A stretch of DNA of 64,000 nt from an uncultured Acidimicrobiaceae bacterium (GTDB lineage Bacteria; Actinomycetota; Acidimicrobiia; Acidimicrobiales; Bog-793). The DNA lies in assembly GCA_963804265.1 (NCBI GenBank), contig CAWDPZ010000050.1, forward strand, positions 12,585 to 76,584. The letters are read 5' to 3'. Positions 25,158 to 37,884 of this stretch are shown here, piece after piece. A program made the translations under genes and the position numbers. Each line of letters opens with the position of its first letter. The stretch's first letter is position 1. The notes under the pieces were generated by a model. It saw only the letters and a program-made list of their open reading frames with translations, had not been told where the DNA came from and made no database searches.

Positions 25158-26427
25158 GTGGACAGCTTCGTCGTTCGCGCCTCCGGCCCGCTGCGGGGCA
25201 CCGTGGATGTGAACGGGGCGAAGAACTCCGTCCTCAAGCTGATGGCGGCCTGCCTGCTCGCCCCCGGTCTGCACCGTCTCGACAACGTCCCGGTCATAAG
25301 CGACGTCGCCATCATGTCGGACGTGCTGCGCGCCATGGGGGCCGATGTCGTCCACGAGGGACGCGGCCCGCAGGGCCACCTCGAGATCAGCGTCCCGAAG
25401 AACGTGACCCCGGTCGCCCCCTACGAGCTCGTCGAGAAGATGCGCGCCTCGATCGTCGTGCTCGGCCCGCTCCTGGCCCGCTACGGCACAGCCAGGGTCT
25501 CGATGCCCGGCGGCGACGACTTCGGATACCGCCCGATCGACTTCCACCTGAGCGCCTTCGAGAACCTGGGCGCCACCTTCGTGACCGAGCACGGCTACGT
25601 CGAGGGCTACTGTGACCGCCTCGTCGGGAACGAGGATCGTGCTCCAGTTCCCGAGCCACACGGCGACCGACAACATCTTGATGGCCGCCGTGCTCGCCAA
25701 GGGCACGACCGTGATCGAGAACGCGGCCCGCGAGCCGGAGATCAGCGACCTCGCCTCGATGCTCACCGAGATGGGGGCTCACATAAGCGGGGCCGGGACC
25801 TCGCGCATCGAGGTGGAGGGGGTGGACGATCTCCGCCCGGCCGACCACCGGGCGATCCCCGACCGCGTGGAGGCGGCCACCTTCGTCGCCGCCGTCGGCC
25901 TCGCCGGGGGGGAGGTCCTCGTGAAGGGGGCTCGCCCGGGCCACATGGACATGCTCTTGGAGAAGCTCCGCCAGATGGGCATGGTCTGCACACCGACCGA
26001 GGACGGCCTTCTCGTCATCTCCGAGGGGCGCCTGCGGTCTGTCGACGTGGCGACGTTGCCCTACCCAGGCGTCGCGACGGACTACAAACCGCTGCTCGTG
26101 ACGCTGCTCTCGGTCGCCGACGGAGTGGCGATCGTGAGCGAGAACCTCTTCGCGGGCCGCTTCCGCTACATCGACGAGCTGAGGCGGATGGGGGCGAAGA
26201 TCAAGACCGAGGGCCATCACGCCATCGTGCGGGGCATGTCCACGCTGTCCGGGGCGATGGTACGGGCCCCCGACATCCGCGCCGGGGCGGCGCTGGTGCT
26301 GGCCGGCCTCGCCGCCGAGGGCGTCACCTACGTGGGCGGTGCCGAACACGTCGACCGCGGCTACGAGGACCTCGACGTTCGCCTGCGCTCGCTCGGAGCC
26401 GACATCGAGCGCGTCCCGGCACCGTGA
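25158..26427 (+). CDS. murA: UDP-N-acetylglucosamine 1-carboxyvinyltransferase (frameshift ~25630)
   Basis: GAKNSVLKL, KMRAS..VLGPLL, PGGDDFGYRPIDFH, NAAREPEI, DIRAGAAL, DRGYE. Confidence 0.96.
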
Positions 26428-27426
26428 CCCACGGCCGGCACGCCACGAGCGTCACCGGGCAGTTCGAAGCAGCCTGCTCGGGCGACCGGGGTGCCCTGGC
26501 GAAGCTCCTGTCCCTCGTCGAGCGGGGCGGCGCCCCCGGTCGCGAGCTTGCGGGGCTGACCTTCAAGAGGGCCGGAGGCGCCTACGCCATCGGTTTCACC
26601 GGAGCGCCCGGCTCGGGGAAGTCGACCCTCGCGGGCGCGGTGCTGACCGACATCCGTCAGCGTCTCGGCAGCCCGGTCGCGGTGCTGGCCGTGGACCCGT
26701 CCTCGCCGGTGACGGGCGGCGCCATCCTCGGCGACAGGGTCCGGATGCAGGCGCACGCCCTCGACGACGGCGTCTTCATCCGCTCGATGGCGACCCGTGG
26801 CCACCTCGGCGGGCTCGCCGCGGCGGTGCCGGAGGCCGTCCGCCTCCTCGACGCCACGGGCTGGCCGTTCGTGATCGTCGAGACCGTCGGCGTCGGCCAG
26901 GTCGAGATCGAGGTGGCCGCCACCTGCGACACCGTCGTCGTCGTCGTGAACCCCGGATGGGGCGACTCGGTGCAGGCGAACAAGGCCGGCCTCCTCGAGG
27001 TCGCCGACGTCCTTGTCATCAACAAGGCGGACAGGCCGGGTGCCAAAGAGGCGGCCCGCGACCTGAGGCTCATGCTCCAGCTCTCCGGCCACCTCGAATG
27101 GGTCCCGCCGATAGTCGAGACCGTGGCGACAACCGCCGACGGTGTCGCCGAGCTCTGGGACGCGATCGCCACCCACCGCGGCTACCTCGAGCCGCGACGG
27201 ACACCTTGCCGCCCGGCACGCCAAGCGTGCGAGGACAAGAGGCGGTGAGGATCGCGAAGGGACGTCTTCGAGCGGGCTCTCGGCGCGGTGATCCGCGGGC
27301 CGGACAACGCCGATCTGCTCGATGCCCTGAAGGACAGGTCAGATGGACCCCGAGGAGGCGGCGGACCGGCTGGTGGCGGCGGTGGCGCTCGAGCTCAGGG
27401 ACGGGCAGGATCCGGGGGCGGACTGA
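26424..27426 (+). CDS. meaB: MeaB/ArgK-type GTPase (methylmalonyl-CoA mutase-associated), 3' frameshifts
   Basis: GFTGAPGSGKST, AVDPSSP.TGGAILGDRVRM, FIRSMATRGHLGG, ETVGVGQ, NKAD; GTG overlaps the murA TGA. Confidence 0.9.
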
Positions 27427-28397
27427 GCTGGCGTTCCATGACGACGAAGTCGCGCCCTTCGCGCCGACGCGGGAGACGGGCGACGACGAGCAAGCCGCGC
27501 TCGCCGTAGAAGCGCTCGGCCTCCCCGCCGTCGGGGGTCTCGAGACGGACCAGCGCACAGCCGCGCTCGAGCCCGAGCATCTCCACGGCACCCAGCAGAT
27601 GTGACCCGACTCCGTGGTCCCGCCACTCGGGGCTGACGATGAGGCGGCCGATGCGGATGACCGGACCGCGGACCTCGCCGTCGGCGAAGCCGACCGGAGC
27701 ACTGCCCGAGCTGGCGACGATCGCGAAAGGCTGATTCGGGCGGACCTCGGGGCCGTAGCGGCCTGTCAGGTAGCCGGCCCACTGCTCCTCGACCCAGGCA
27801 GCCACAATCGGATCGGGGCGCTCCACGACCGAGAGCTCCAGATCGAGGCTCCGCGCCCGACGACCCGCGGCCTGCCGAGGACCGTGTCCGCGAGTGGCCA
27901 CCACCGGTGCTCGGCGTCCTGCTCGAGAAGCGTGAGCCGTCGAAGCAGTGCTCCGCCCGATAGTCGGCCAGAGCCTCGAGGGCATGCGCCAGCCGGCCGG
28001 GCTCGATCCTCTGGTCCAAGGTCAGGTGCGGCACGAAGTCACGCTCGCGGCGCTCCTCCGGCGGCGCGAGCGGACCGGTGGCAAGGTCCGCCCGGAGCTG
28101 CGCGATCGCCTCGAGGTCGCCGCCGACGCTCAGGTAGAGCACGGGCGTCCACGGCCAGAACGTGGCTGGAGGTCCGAGCTCGACGGCGATGGGGGAGCTC
28201 TTCGCGGGCCGGGCGCGCACGTGCTCGAGCACCGAGCTCATGTCCTCGTCGCGGACGTTCACGGGCGGCACGAGCGTGCAGTGCGGGGCGATCCGCTGCA
28301 GAGCCGTTGCCCCGAGGGCCCTGCGCATGCCGTCCACCTCGTCGGCGAGCCGTCCCGTCACGACGAGCGCGACCGTGAGCCGGCGTCTCCGGGCCAC
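27395..28397 (-). CDS. 2H phosphoesterase (2'-5' RNA ligase family) fused to a GNAT acetyltransferase (two indels)
   Basis: Two HxT motifs (PHCTL, PHLTL); C-terminal LIVSPEWRDHGVG..LL and A..FY.E.G GNAT motifs. Confidence 0.78.
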
Positions 28398-28400
28398 CGT

Positions 28401-29235
28401 TCAGCCGATCTCGGCGAGCGCCTCCGCCAGCGGCTCGAGCACTCCGGGTGAGTGAGGCGGCTGGAGCGTGACGATGGCGAGCTCGGCGCCGGCCTCGCCA
28501 AGGCCGGCCGCGGCCGCAGCCGTGGCGGCGAAATCGCCCTCGAAGCGCACATGGGTCGAGAGCAGGATCTCCCCCGGGTCGCGGCCCAGGTCCGCGCAAT
28601 GCTCGTGGAGGACCTCGCGCTTGTGGGCGAACTCCTCCGGGGAGCCACCGAGAAAGTTCCAGTGCTGGGCGAAGCGCGCCGCTGTGCGCAGCGTACGCCG
28701 CTCCCCGTTGCCGCCGATGCAGATCGGAGGATGGGGCTGCTGCACCGGCCTGCGGGTTGCACCGCGCCTCGTGCAGGTCGTAGTAGTCCCCGTGGAACGA
28801 GGTCGACTCCTGGGAGAGGAGGCCGACCAGGACCTCGCAAGCCTCCTCGAAACGGTCGCTGCGCTCGGCCGGCGACCCGAGAGCGATGCCGTAGGCGCCG
28901 GACTCCTCCTCGTTCCATCCGGCCCCGATGCCGATCTCCAGCCTGCCGCCCGAGACGATGTCGAGCGTCGCCGCCATATTGGCGAGCACGGCCGGGTGCC
29001 GGTAGTGGATCCCCGTCACGAGCGTCCCGAGCCGGAGGCGCTTCGTCGCCTGGGCCAGGGCGGTGAGGGTGACCCAGCCTTCGAGGCAGGGCCCGGTCGG
29101 GTCCGAGAAGATCGGGTAGAAGTGGTCGAAGGTCCAGCCGGACTCGAACAGGTCGATGTCGTCGGCGGCACGCCAGACCTCGAGCATGTCGTTCCAGGTC
29201 GTGTTCTGCGGGGCGGTCTTCATGGCAAAGCGCAT
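28401..29235 (-). CDS. LLM-class F420-dependent oxidoreductase (frameshifted)
   Basis: MRFAMKTAPQNTTW, WTFDHFYPI, RLGTLVTG..YRHPAVLA, GIGAGW, HPPICIGG.GE.RTL. Confidence 0.9.
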
Positions 29236-29279
29236 GAGACAGAAACTAGAGGGTTCCGGCGCAGGCCCGCCGCGACCGT

Positions 29280-29843
29280 CTACATGCGGCTCAAGTCGCC
29301 CATGAGATGGGCCGCCGCCTCGAGGCGCGCCCTGGCCCTGGCCGCGGCCAGCTCCGCCGCCGCCTCGCTCCCGGCAGGGGGCAGGCCCTCGACGGCTTCG
29401 ACCTCCGGCTCGGGGGCGCCGGAGACGGCGCCTGCGCCACCTGCGGCCTCGGCCTGCTGGGCGGACGCAAGGGCGCGCTCGGCACGGGCGACGTCGATCT
29501 CCTCGGCGAGCTCGGCGATCCCGGCGACGATGGTCACCTTGTTGTCCGCCACCATGACGAAACCGCCATGCACAGCGGCGCGGACCTCGCACGCCGGGGC
29601 CGGCTCACCCGAGCTCGCCTCGGACGAGCTGTCGTTGCCGAGGGGTGAAACCCCGTCGCGCACGCCACGCTGCGGCACGCCCTGGATGCGCACGACGCAG
29701 ATGTCGACCGCACCGATGAAGTCCATGTGATTGGCGAGAAAGGTGATGTCGCCGCCGTCGGTGCGCATCACCACCGCCTCGGCCTCGCCCGAGAACAGGA
29801 CCCGTTCGGGCGCGATGAGCTCGACGTGGGTGAGGTTCGCCAT
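29280..29843 (-). CDS. atpC: ATP synthase epsilon subunit (with insertions)
   Basis: HVELIAPERVLFSGEA, G.I..LANH, AVHGGF..V.DNKVTI, EEIDVARAERA. Confidence 0.92.
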   Translation of the reverse strand: MANLTHVELIAPERVLFSGEAEAVVMRTDGGDITFLANHMDFIGAVDICVVRIQGVPQRGVRDGVSPLGNDSSSEASSGEPAPACEVRAAVHGGFVMVADNKVTIVAGIAELAEEIDVARAERALASAQQAEAAGGAGAVSGAPEPEVEAVEGLPPAGSEAAAELAAARARARLEAAAHLMGDLSRM

Positions 29844-29851
29844 CGACCCGC

Positions 29852-32325
<2,474 letters not shown>

Positions 32326-32364
32326 CTGCCTACTCGGCCCCGGTCTCGTCCGCGCTCTGCGCGC

Positions 32365-33945
32365 TCACGTCTGCTTCGGCGGCGACCTCGCCGCGGCAGG
32401 CGGGTTGCCCGGCGCAGCGGGCGAGGCCGGTCCGGAGGAGCCGAAGCCTCGCTTGAACTCTGCGATCGCGGCCTCGAGGTCGGCCTCTTTCGGCAAGGCG
32501 CCCGTCGTGGCGATCTGTTCGAGCATGTCGGCATGGCCGGCACGCATGAAGGCCCGGAGCTCGGACTCGAAACGCTGCACGTCCTCGACGGGCACGTCGT
32601 CGATGTGGCCGCGCACACCGGCGTAGATCACGATCACCTGCTCCTGCACGGGCATGGGAACGTTCAGACCCTGCTTGAGCAGCTCGGTGAGGCGATAGCC
32701 GCGGTCGAGCTGGGACTGGGAGGCCTTGTCGAGCTCCGAGCCGAAGGTGGCGAAAGCTTCGAGCTCGCGGAACTGCGCCAGGTCGATCTTGAGCGTGCCG
32801 ACGACGGACTTCATCGCCTTGATCTGCGCCGCGCCGCCGACGCGGGAGACCGAGTTCCCGACGTTGAACGCCGGCCGCACGCCGGAGTAGAAGAGCTCGC
32901 TCTCGAGAAAGATCTGACCGTCGGTGATCGAGATGACGTTGGTCGGGATGTAGGCGGAGATGTCACCCGCCTTGGTCTCGATTATCGGAAGGGCCGTGAG
33001 CGACCCGCCGCCCATGTCGTCCGAAAGCTTCGCGGCCCGTTCGAGCAGACGGCTGTGGAGGTAGAACACGTCGCCCGGGTACGCCTCACGGCCCGGGGGA
33101 CGACGCAGGAGCAGCGAGATCTGGCGATAGGCCTCGGCCTGCTTGGAGAGGTCGTCGTAGACGACGAGGGCGTGCTCGCCGTTCTCCATCCAGTGCTGGC
33201 CCATGGCGCAGCCGGCGTAGGGGGCGAGGTACTTGAACGGCGCCGGCTCCGACGCCGGGGCGGCGACGACGACCGTGTACTCCATGGCGCCGTGCTCGGC
33301 CAGGGTCGCGACCGTCTGGGAGATGGTGGAGCCCTTTTGTCCGATGGCGACATAGATGCACTTCACGCCCGCGCCGCGCTGGTTGATGATCGTGTCGGTG
33401 GCGATCGTCGTCTTGCCGGTCTTGCGGTCACCGATGATGAGCTCCCGCTGGCCGCGGCCGATCGGCGTCATGGCGTCGATGACCTTGATGCCCGTCTGCA
33501 GCGGCTGGGAGACGGGCTGGCGCGAGACGATGCCCGGGGCCTGGATCTCGAGCCGCCTGTCGACCGTGTCGCCGAGCGGGCCCTTGCCGTCGATCGGCTC
33601 GCCGAGCGGGTTCACGACGCGGCCCAAGAGCGCGTCGCCCACCGGCACGGACAGGATCCGGCCCGTCGAACGCACGACCTGGCCCTCGTCGAGACCGTCC
33701 ATGTTGCCGAGGACGACGGCACCGATGGACTCCTCGTCCAGGTTGAGGGCGAGTCCCACCACGCCGTTCTCGAACTCGAGCAGCTCGTTGACCGTGGCTC
33801 CGGGCAGGCCGGTGACCCGGGCGATGCCGTCGCCGACCTCGGCGATGTGGCCGACCTGCTCGACCTCGGTGCCGGCGGTGAAGTCGCTGACGTTTCGCGC
33901 GAGCGCCGCCGCGATGTCGTCGGCGTTGATCGTTAGCTCAGGCAT
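32365..33945 (-). CDS. atpA: ATP synthase alpha subunit (true stop may be 32330)
   Basis: [52 protein letters not shown]. Confidence 0.98.
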   Translation of the reverse strand: MPELTINADDIAAALARNVSDFTAGTEVEQVGHIAEVGDGIARVTGLPGATVNELLEFENGVVGLALNLDEESIGAVVLGNMDGLDEGQVVRSTGRILSVPVGDALLGRVVNPLGEPIDGKGPLGDTVDRRLEIQAPGIVSRQPVSQPLQTGIKVIDAMTPIGRGQRELIIGDRKTGKTTIATDTIINQRGAGVKCIYVAIGQKGSTISQTVATLAEHGAMEYTVVVAAPASEPAPFKYLAPYAGCAMGQHWMENGEHALVVYDDLSKQAEAYRQISLLLRRPPGREAYPGDVFYLHSRLLERAAKLSDDMGGGSLTALPIIETKAGDISAYIPTNVISITDGQIFLESELFYSGVRPAFNVGNSVSRVGGAAQIKAMKSVVGTLKIDLAQFRELEAFATFGSELDKASQSQLDRGYRLTELLKQGLNVPMPVQEQVIVIYAGVRGHIDDVPVEDVQRFESELRAFMRAGHADMLEQIATTGALPKEADLEAAIAEFKRGFGSSGPASPAAPGNPPAAARSPPKQT

Positions 33946-33967
33946 CGGTGGGGGTCCTCTGTTCTTC

Positions 33968-34020
33968 TCGTGTGGCTTCCGGGGCTCGTGTGGCTTCCGG
34001 GCCTCGTGCGGTTTCCAGGA
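33968..34020. repeat. Three degenerate 18-nt tandem repeats between atpH and atpA
   Basis: tcgtgtggcttccggggc / tcgtgtggcttccgggcc / tcgtgcggtttccagga. Confidence 0.75.
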
Positions 34021-34023
34021 TGG

Positions 34024-34959
34024 TCATGGCCGAGATTCGAGGTAGAGCGAGGCGCCCGAAGGGGCGAGGGCCTCGCGGAGCTTGTCGAGACGATGGCGGA
34101 CAGAGCCGTCGATCACCGTGTCCCCGATCGACACGGACATCCCGCCCATCAAGGACGGGTCGATGCGCACGCGCAGCTCGACGGGACGTCCCACGGACCG
34201 GCTGAGCGCGTCGGCCAGCCGCCGGTACTCGGCGTCGTCCAGCTCGACTGCGGAGCGGACCTCTGCGATCCGCCTGCCGCGCTCCTCCGCGGCCAGGCCG
34301 GCGACCCACTCGAGCGCGCCGACGAGGTCCCGGACATGGCCTGCCCGAAGCACATAGGAGACCAGGCGAGCTGTCACGGTCTGCACCTTGTCGCGGAGCA
34401 GCCCGTCCACGAGGGCGACTCGCTGGTCAACTGGACTGGACCGGTCACCGAGCGCCTGGCGCAGCTCGCGGCTCGACTCGACCACGCCGGCGACGCCGAC
34501 CACCTCGTTCTCGATCTCGTCGATGCGCTCGAGCCGGTCGACCTCTTGGAACAGCCGGTCGGCGTATCCGCGAATCCGCTCGCGCACCGCCGTGCGCCCT
34601 CCGAGCAGCTCGTCCGCACCCATCGTCCGGACCTGGTTGCCCCGGGCGGCCTCGGCGGTCTCACGGGCGAGCTCGACGAGGGCGAACACCGCAGAGGGGA
34701 GATCGGCCGCAGGCTCGACGAGGACCGCCCAGGACACGAGCGCCTGTGTCTCGGGGGCAGCTGTGCGCAGGATGTCCTGCACCACACCGCGCCACGGACC
34801 TGGGGGGATCGCCACGTCGGTGAGCACGTTGCGAAGGGGCTCGGACTCGACGAGCGCGGCCGAGAACACCTCCAGGTCGTCCGCGACCCTGCGGGCGCGC
34901 CCTTCCCCGGCGGCTGACTCCAACGCCGCGGCCGCGTAGCCCCGCAGGAGGTCCCTCAT
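34024..34959 (-). CDS. atpH: ATP synthase delta subunit (long actinobacterial type, ~311 aa)
   Basis: C-terminal AEVRSAVEL..RL..AL....GRPV.L...IDPSLMGG..V.IGDTVIDGSV..RL; ATG overlaps the upstream b stop. Confidence 0.92.
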   Translation of the reverse strand: MRDLLRGYAAAALESAAGEGRARRVADDLEVFSAALVESEPLRNVLTDVAIPPGPWRGVVQDILRTAAPETQALVSWAVLVEPAADLPSAVFALVELARETAEAARGNQVRTMGADELLGGRTAVRERIRGYADRLFQEVDRLERIDEIENEVVGVAGVVESSRELRQALGDRSSPVDQRVALVDGLLRDKVQTVTARLVSYVLRAGHVRDLVGALEWVAGLAAEERGRRIAEVRSAVELDDAEYRRLADALSRSVGRPVELRVRIDPSLMGGMSVSIGDTVIDGSVRHRLDKLREALAPSGASLYLESRP

Positions 34960-35431
34960 GCCATCGCCTCGGCGGCATCGATGGTCTCGGAGATGAAGGC
35001 CCGCTGCAGGGACGCATCGACCTCGGCGGCAACGACGCGCTCGGTCGCGGCCATCACGATGGCGCCGATCTCGCGGGTGACGTCCTCCCTGGCTCGCTGA
35101 CGCTCGAAATCCTCCTCGGCTGCAGCACTTGCCACCAGCCGGTCGTACTCCTCCCGCCCCCGTCGCTCGCCTTCGAGGCGGAGCTGGGCCGAGGTCTCGT
35201 GCGCCCGGTCGATGATCGAGATCACCTCCGCACGCGCCGCCTCGAGGGCGGCACGCGCCTCGGCGAGCATGCGCTGTCCGCGTGTCCGCGGCCGCATCGG
35301 CATTGGACAAGCGACGACCGGATCGACTCGGCCTGAGCGTTCATCAGCTTCTTCAGAGGTGGCCGCACGTAGTGGTAGATGAAAGCGAGCAGCAGCAGGA
35401 AGCCGATGACCTCGGCCAGGTAAGCCGCCAT
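34956..35431 (-). CDS. atpF: ATP synthase b subunit, second copy (frameshifted)
   Basis: MAAYLAEVIGFLLLLAFIYHYVRPPLKKLM TM anchor followed by an Ala/Glu/Arg coiled coil. Confidence 0.85.
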
Positions 35432-35433
35432 GG

Positions 35434-35982
35434 TCAGACCGTTCCCGTGGCCGAAGCCGCACCGGTTGCGGCTGCGACGGCCTCGTCGATCAGGGCCCGG
35501 TGGCTGGCGGGATCGACACGGCTGCCCAGCACACGCTCGGCCGCGGCCACGACGAGGGTGTCGAGCTGTCCGACGAGCTCCTCGCGCGCCCGCCGGCCTT
35601 CGGCGGCGATCTCCCGGCGGGAGACCCCGACCAGTCGCTCGTACTCCTCCTGGCCACGCGCCCGCCCCTGCTCGAGGGCGGCGTCGGCGCCCTGGTTGGC
35701 GTGGTCCAGGATTCCGCGGGCTTGGACCCGCGCCTCGGCGAGCAGCCTGTCGCTCTCTGTCGTCAGGGCTTGGGCCTCCGCACGCGCCTGTTCGGCTTGC
35801 TGCAGCGCGGTGAGGATGCGGACGCGACGCGTCTCGGCCACCTCCTGCAGCGGCGGCAGGATCCATTTGGCGATGATCCCGAGCACGACGAGGAAGATGA
35901 CGAGCTCGACTATGAACGTGCCGTTGGGGATGAGGAAGTTCCCACCCCCGGAGCTAGAGGCTCCGGCGCTCGCGAACAGCAT
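35434..35982 (-). CDS. atpF: ATP synthase b' subunit
   Basis: NFLIPNGTFIVELVIFLVVLGIIAKWILPPL...R...I coiled coil. Confidence 0.92.
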   Translation of the reverse strand: MLFASAGASSSGGGNFLIPNGTFIVELVIFLVVLGIIAKWILPPLQEVAETRRVRILTALQQAEQARAEAQALTTESDRLLAEARVQARGILDHANQGADAALEQGRARGQEEYERLVGVSRREIAAEGRRAREELVGQLDTLVVAAAERVLGSRVDPASHRALIDEAVAAATGAASATGTV

Positions 35983-36000
35983 CCAGCAAGCCCTCCGTCG

Positions 36001-36261
36001 CTACTTCTTGGCGAGGACGAAGACGAACAGGACCATGAAGACGAGGTTGATGAAGTACATCGCCTCGACGAGGCCCACGATGATGAACATGATCGTGAAC
36101 AGGCGTCCTTGCGCCTCGGGTTGGCGGGCCACCCCCGCGATCGTCTGGCTGCCGGCGAGGCCGTCGCCGATGGCCGCGCCGACCGCGCCGCCGCCGAGGG
36201 CAAGCCCGCCGCCGACCATGGCGCCGGCCAGCTCGATCGCCTGGTTGAGGTCATTTGCCAT
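36001..36261 (-). CDS. atpE: ATP synthase c subunit
   Basis: Gly-rich helix, ARQPEA loop, [10 protein letters not shown] with the ion-binding Glu. Confidence 0.97.
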   Translation of the reverse strand: MANDLNQAIELAGAMVGGGLALGGGAVGAAIGDGLAGSQTIAGVARQPEAQGRLFTIMFIIVGLVEAMYFINLVFMVLFVFVLAKK

Positions 36262-36352
36262 TGGGTTTACCTGCTCCCTTTCTGAACGGTTGAAGATGTC
36301 TCGAGGCTGATTTGCAAGCTTCGCCCCGTTTGCGGTGGCGTTGTCAGGAGGC

Positions 36353-37090
36353 TCAATGCTCTCCTGACATCGCGGTCTGGAAATAGAGGATCGTGAGGAG
36401 GGAGAAGATGAACGCCTGCACGGGCGCCACGAACAGCCCGTCGAAGATCTTCCAGACAAGGTCACCGACCGGGACGACGAAGGTGGGAAGCAGCGCCCAG
36501 ATCAAAAGCAGCATGATCCCGCCCGAGAAGATGTTGCCGAAGAGACGGAGGGCGAGAGTGAGGGGCTTGGCGATCTCCTCGATGAGGTTGATCGGGAAGA
36601 GCACCTTGTAGGGCCGGAAGTAGTGGCCGACGTAGTGGCCGAAGCCTTGCGAACGGATCCAGGTCGCGTGCACGAGGACGATGACGGTGAGCGCCATGGC
36701 ATAGGTCATGTTCACGTCGCCCGTCGGAGCCGGCAGCAGCTGCGGGGAGTGGCCCGTCGGGATCATCTCGAGCCAGTTGCAGAACAAGATGTAGAGGAAC
36801 AGAGTCATCGCGAGGGGCACGATCCGCCGCCCCTTGGAGCCGATCGATGACTCGACCTGGTTGGAGACGGCGCCCGTGATGGCCTCGAAGGCGAGCTGGA
36901 ACCTTCCCGGCACCTCGGCGGTGAGGCGCATCCTCACGGCGAGGCCGATCCCGATCACGAGCACTCCGGCGACAAGAGAGGAGATCACGTCGTACTTGTT
37001 GACGGTAAGGCCGAGCAGCTTGACGGTGGGCGAGTTGCCGACCGAGATGGCGCCTGCGCCTGCGCCCGCCAGCAGGCCTGCGCCGGTCAC
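36353..37090 (-). CDS. atpB: ATP synthase a subunit
   Basis: [42 protein letters not shown]. Confidence 0.97.
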   Translation of the reverse strand: MTGAGLLAGAGAGAISVGNSPTVKLLGLTVNKYDVISSLVAGVLVIGIGLAVRMRLTAEVPGRFQLAFEAITGAVSNQVESSIGSKGRRIVPLAMTLFLYILFCNWLEMIPTGHSPQLLPAPTGDVNMTYAMALTVIVLVHATWIRSQGFGHYVGHYFRPYKVLFPINLIEEIAKPLTLALRLFGNIFSGGIMLLLIWALLPTFVVPVGDLVWKIFDGLFVAPVQAFIFSLLTILYFQTAMSGEH

Positions 37091-37503
37091 GTGACGGCCC
37101 CCTGGCGGAGCAAGGTGACGACGAGGTTCACCACGAACAGGAGGTAGAAGACCGCTACGCCGCCGAGCACGCCCATGCCGAGCCGGAGGTTCACCACGAC
37201 GAGGCCGATGGCGATCACCGTCGTGATGCCGAGGCGGCTGAGGGTGTTCATCGCCATCGGTCGGCGGATCTTGGTCGCGCCCGACGCGTTCAGCCGCGAG
37301 GCCGTGTTCATGACGAGACGGATGTTCACGATTCCGAGGGCCAGCCCGATGCAGGCACCGAGCCCGGCGAGGGCGTAGCCGACGACCGACAGGATCACGA
37401 GCGCGGCGATGCCGACGCCGAGCGCGGCGAAGACCGTGCGCCGGAGCATCCTCGAGATCTCCGGCAGGTCAAGCTGTCCCAGTACTTCAGCGAGTCGCTC
37501 CAT
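37087..37503 (-). CDS. atpI: ATP synthase I-like membrane protein
   Basis: Four hydrophobic segments, R-containing third helix, directly upstream of atpB. Confidence 0.75.
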   Translation of the reverse strand: MERLAEVLGQLDLPEISRMLRRTVFAALGVGIAALVILSVVGYALAGLGACIGLALGIVNIRLVMNTASRLNASGATKIRRPMAMNTLSRLGITTVIAIGLVVVNLRLGMGVLGGVAVFYLLFVVNLVVTLLRQGAVT

Positions 37504-37567
37504 ACCTTCTTCTTCAATCCCTGGGACAGCAACGTGCGACCATCCGGGCCGGCCGCACTGCTGGCCT

Positions 37568-37792
37568 TCAGAGAAACGTCTTCACATCGGAGTAGATCAC
37601 CGCTACCGCGCCGACCACCCCAACTGCCAAACCAACGAACGTGAGCAGCACACCGGTGTGGAAAGTCCTGTCCAGCCAGTACCCGCCGCCTACTCCGACG
37701 GCGATGCACAGGGCTGTTGCGACCCCCATACCGATCAACGTGCTGAAGCTCGGTGACGGCTTCTCGCTCACTCCGGTCGACAATCCTGGCAT
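37568..37792 (-). CDS. AtpZ/AtpQ-family small membrane protein
   Basis: G...[26 protein letters not shown] two-TM signature; first gene of the atp operon. Confidence 0.82.
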   Translation of the reverse strand: MPGLSTGVSEKPSPSFSTLIGMGVATALCIAVGVGGGYWLDRTFHTGVLLTFVGLAVGVVGAVAVIYSDVKTFL

Positions 37793-37884
37793 TGCCACCA
37801 CCGATCCGGCAAGACAATATCCTGGTCCGGCCCGGTTACCGGTTCCTGGGCCGCCGCTACAGCCGGAATTCGGGGCGGTGCGCC

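Noticed and set aside
25158-27248. Apparent MurA-MeaB fusion (696-aa ORF)
   Set aside because: Produced by the murA frameshift at ~25630 running into the meaB frame; murA has its own stop at 26427, overlapping the meaB GTG.
36001-37792. N-ATPase / Na+-translocating ATPase (because of the atpQ/atpI-like genes)
   Set aside because: Gene order is the standard atpBEFHAGDC with delta present, and the c subunit has EAM rather than the Na+-binding ES(T) motif.
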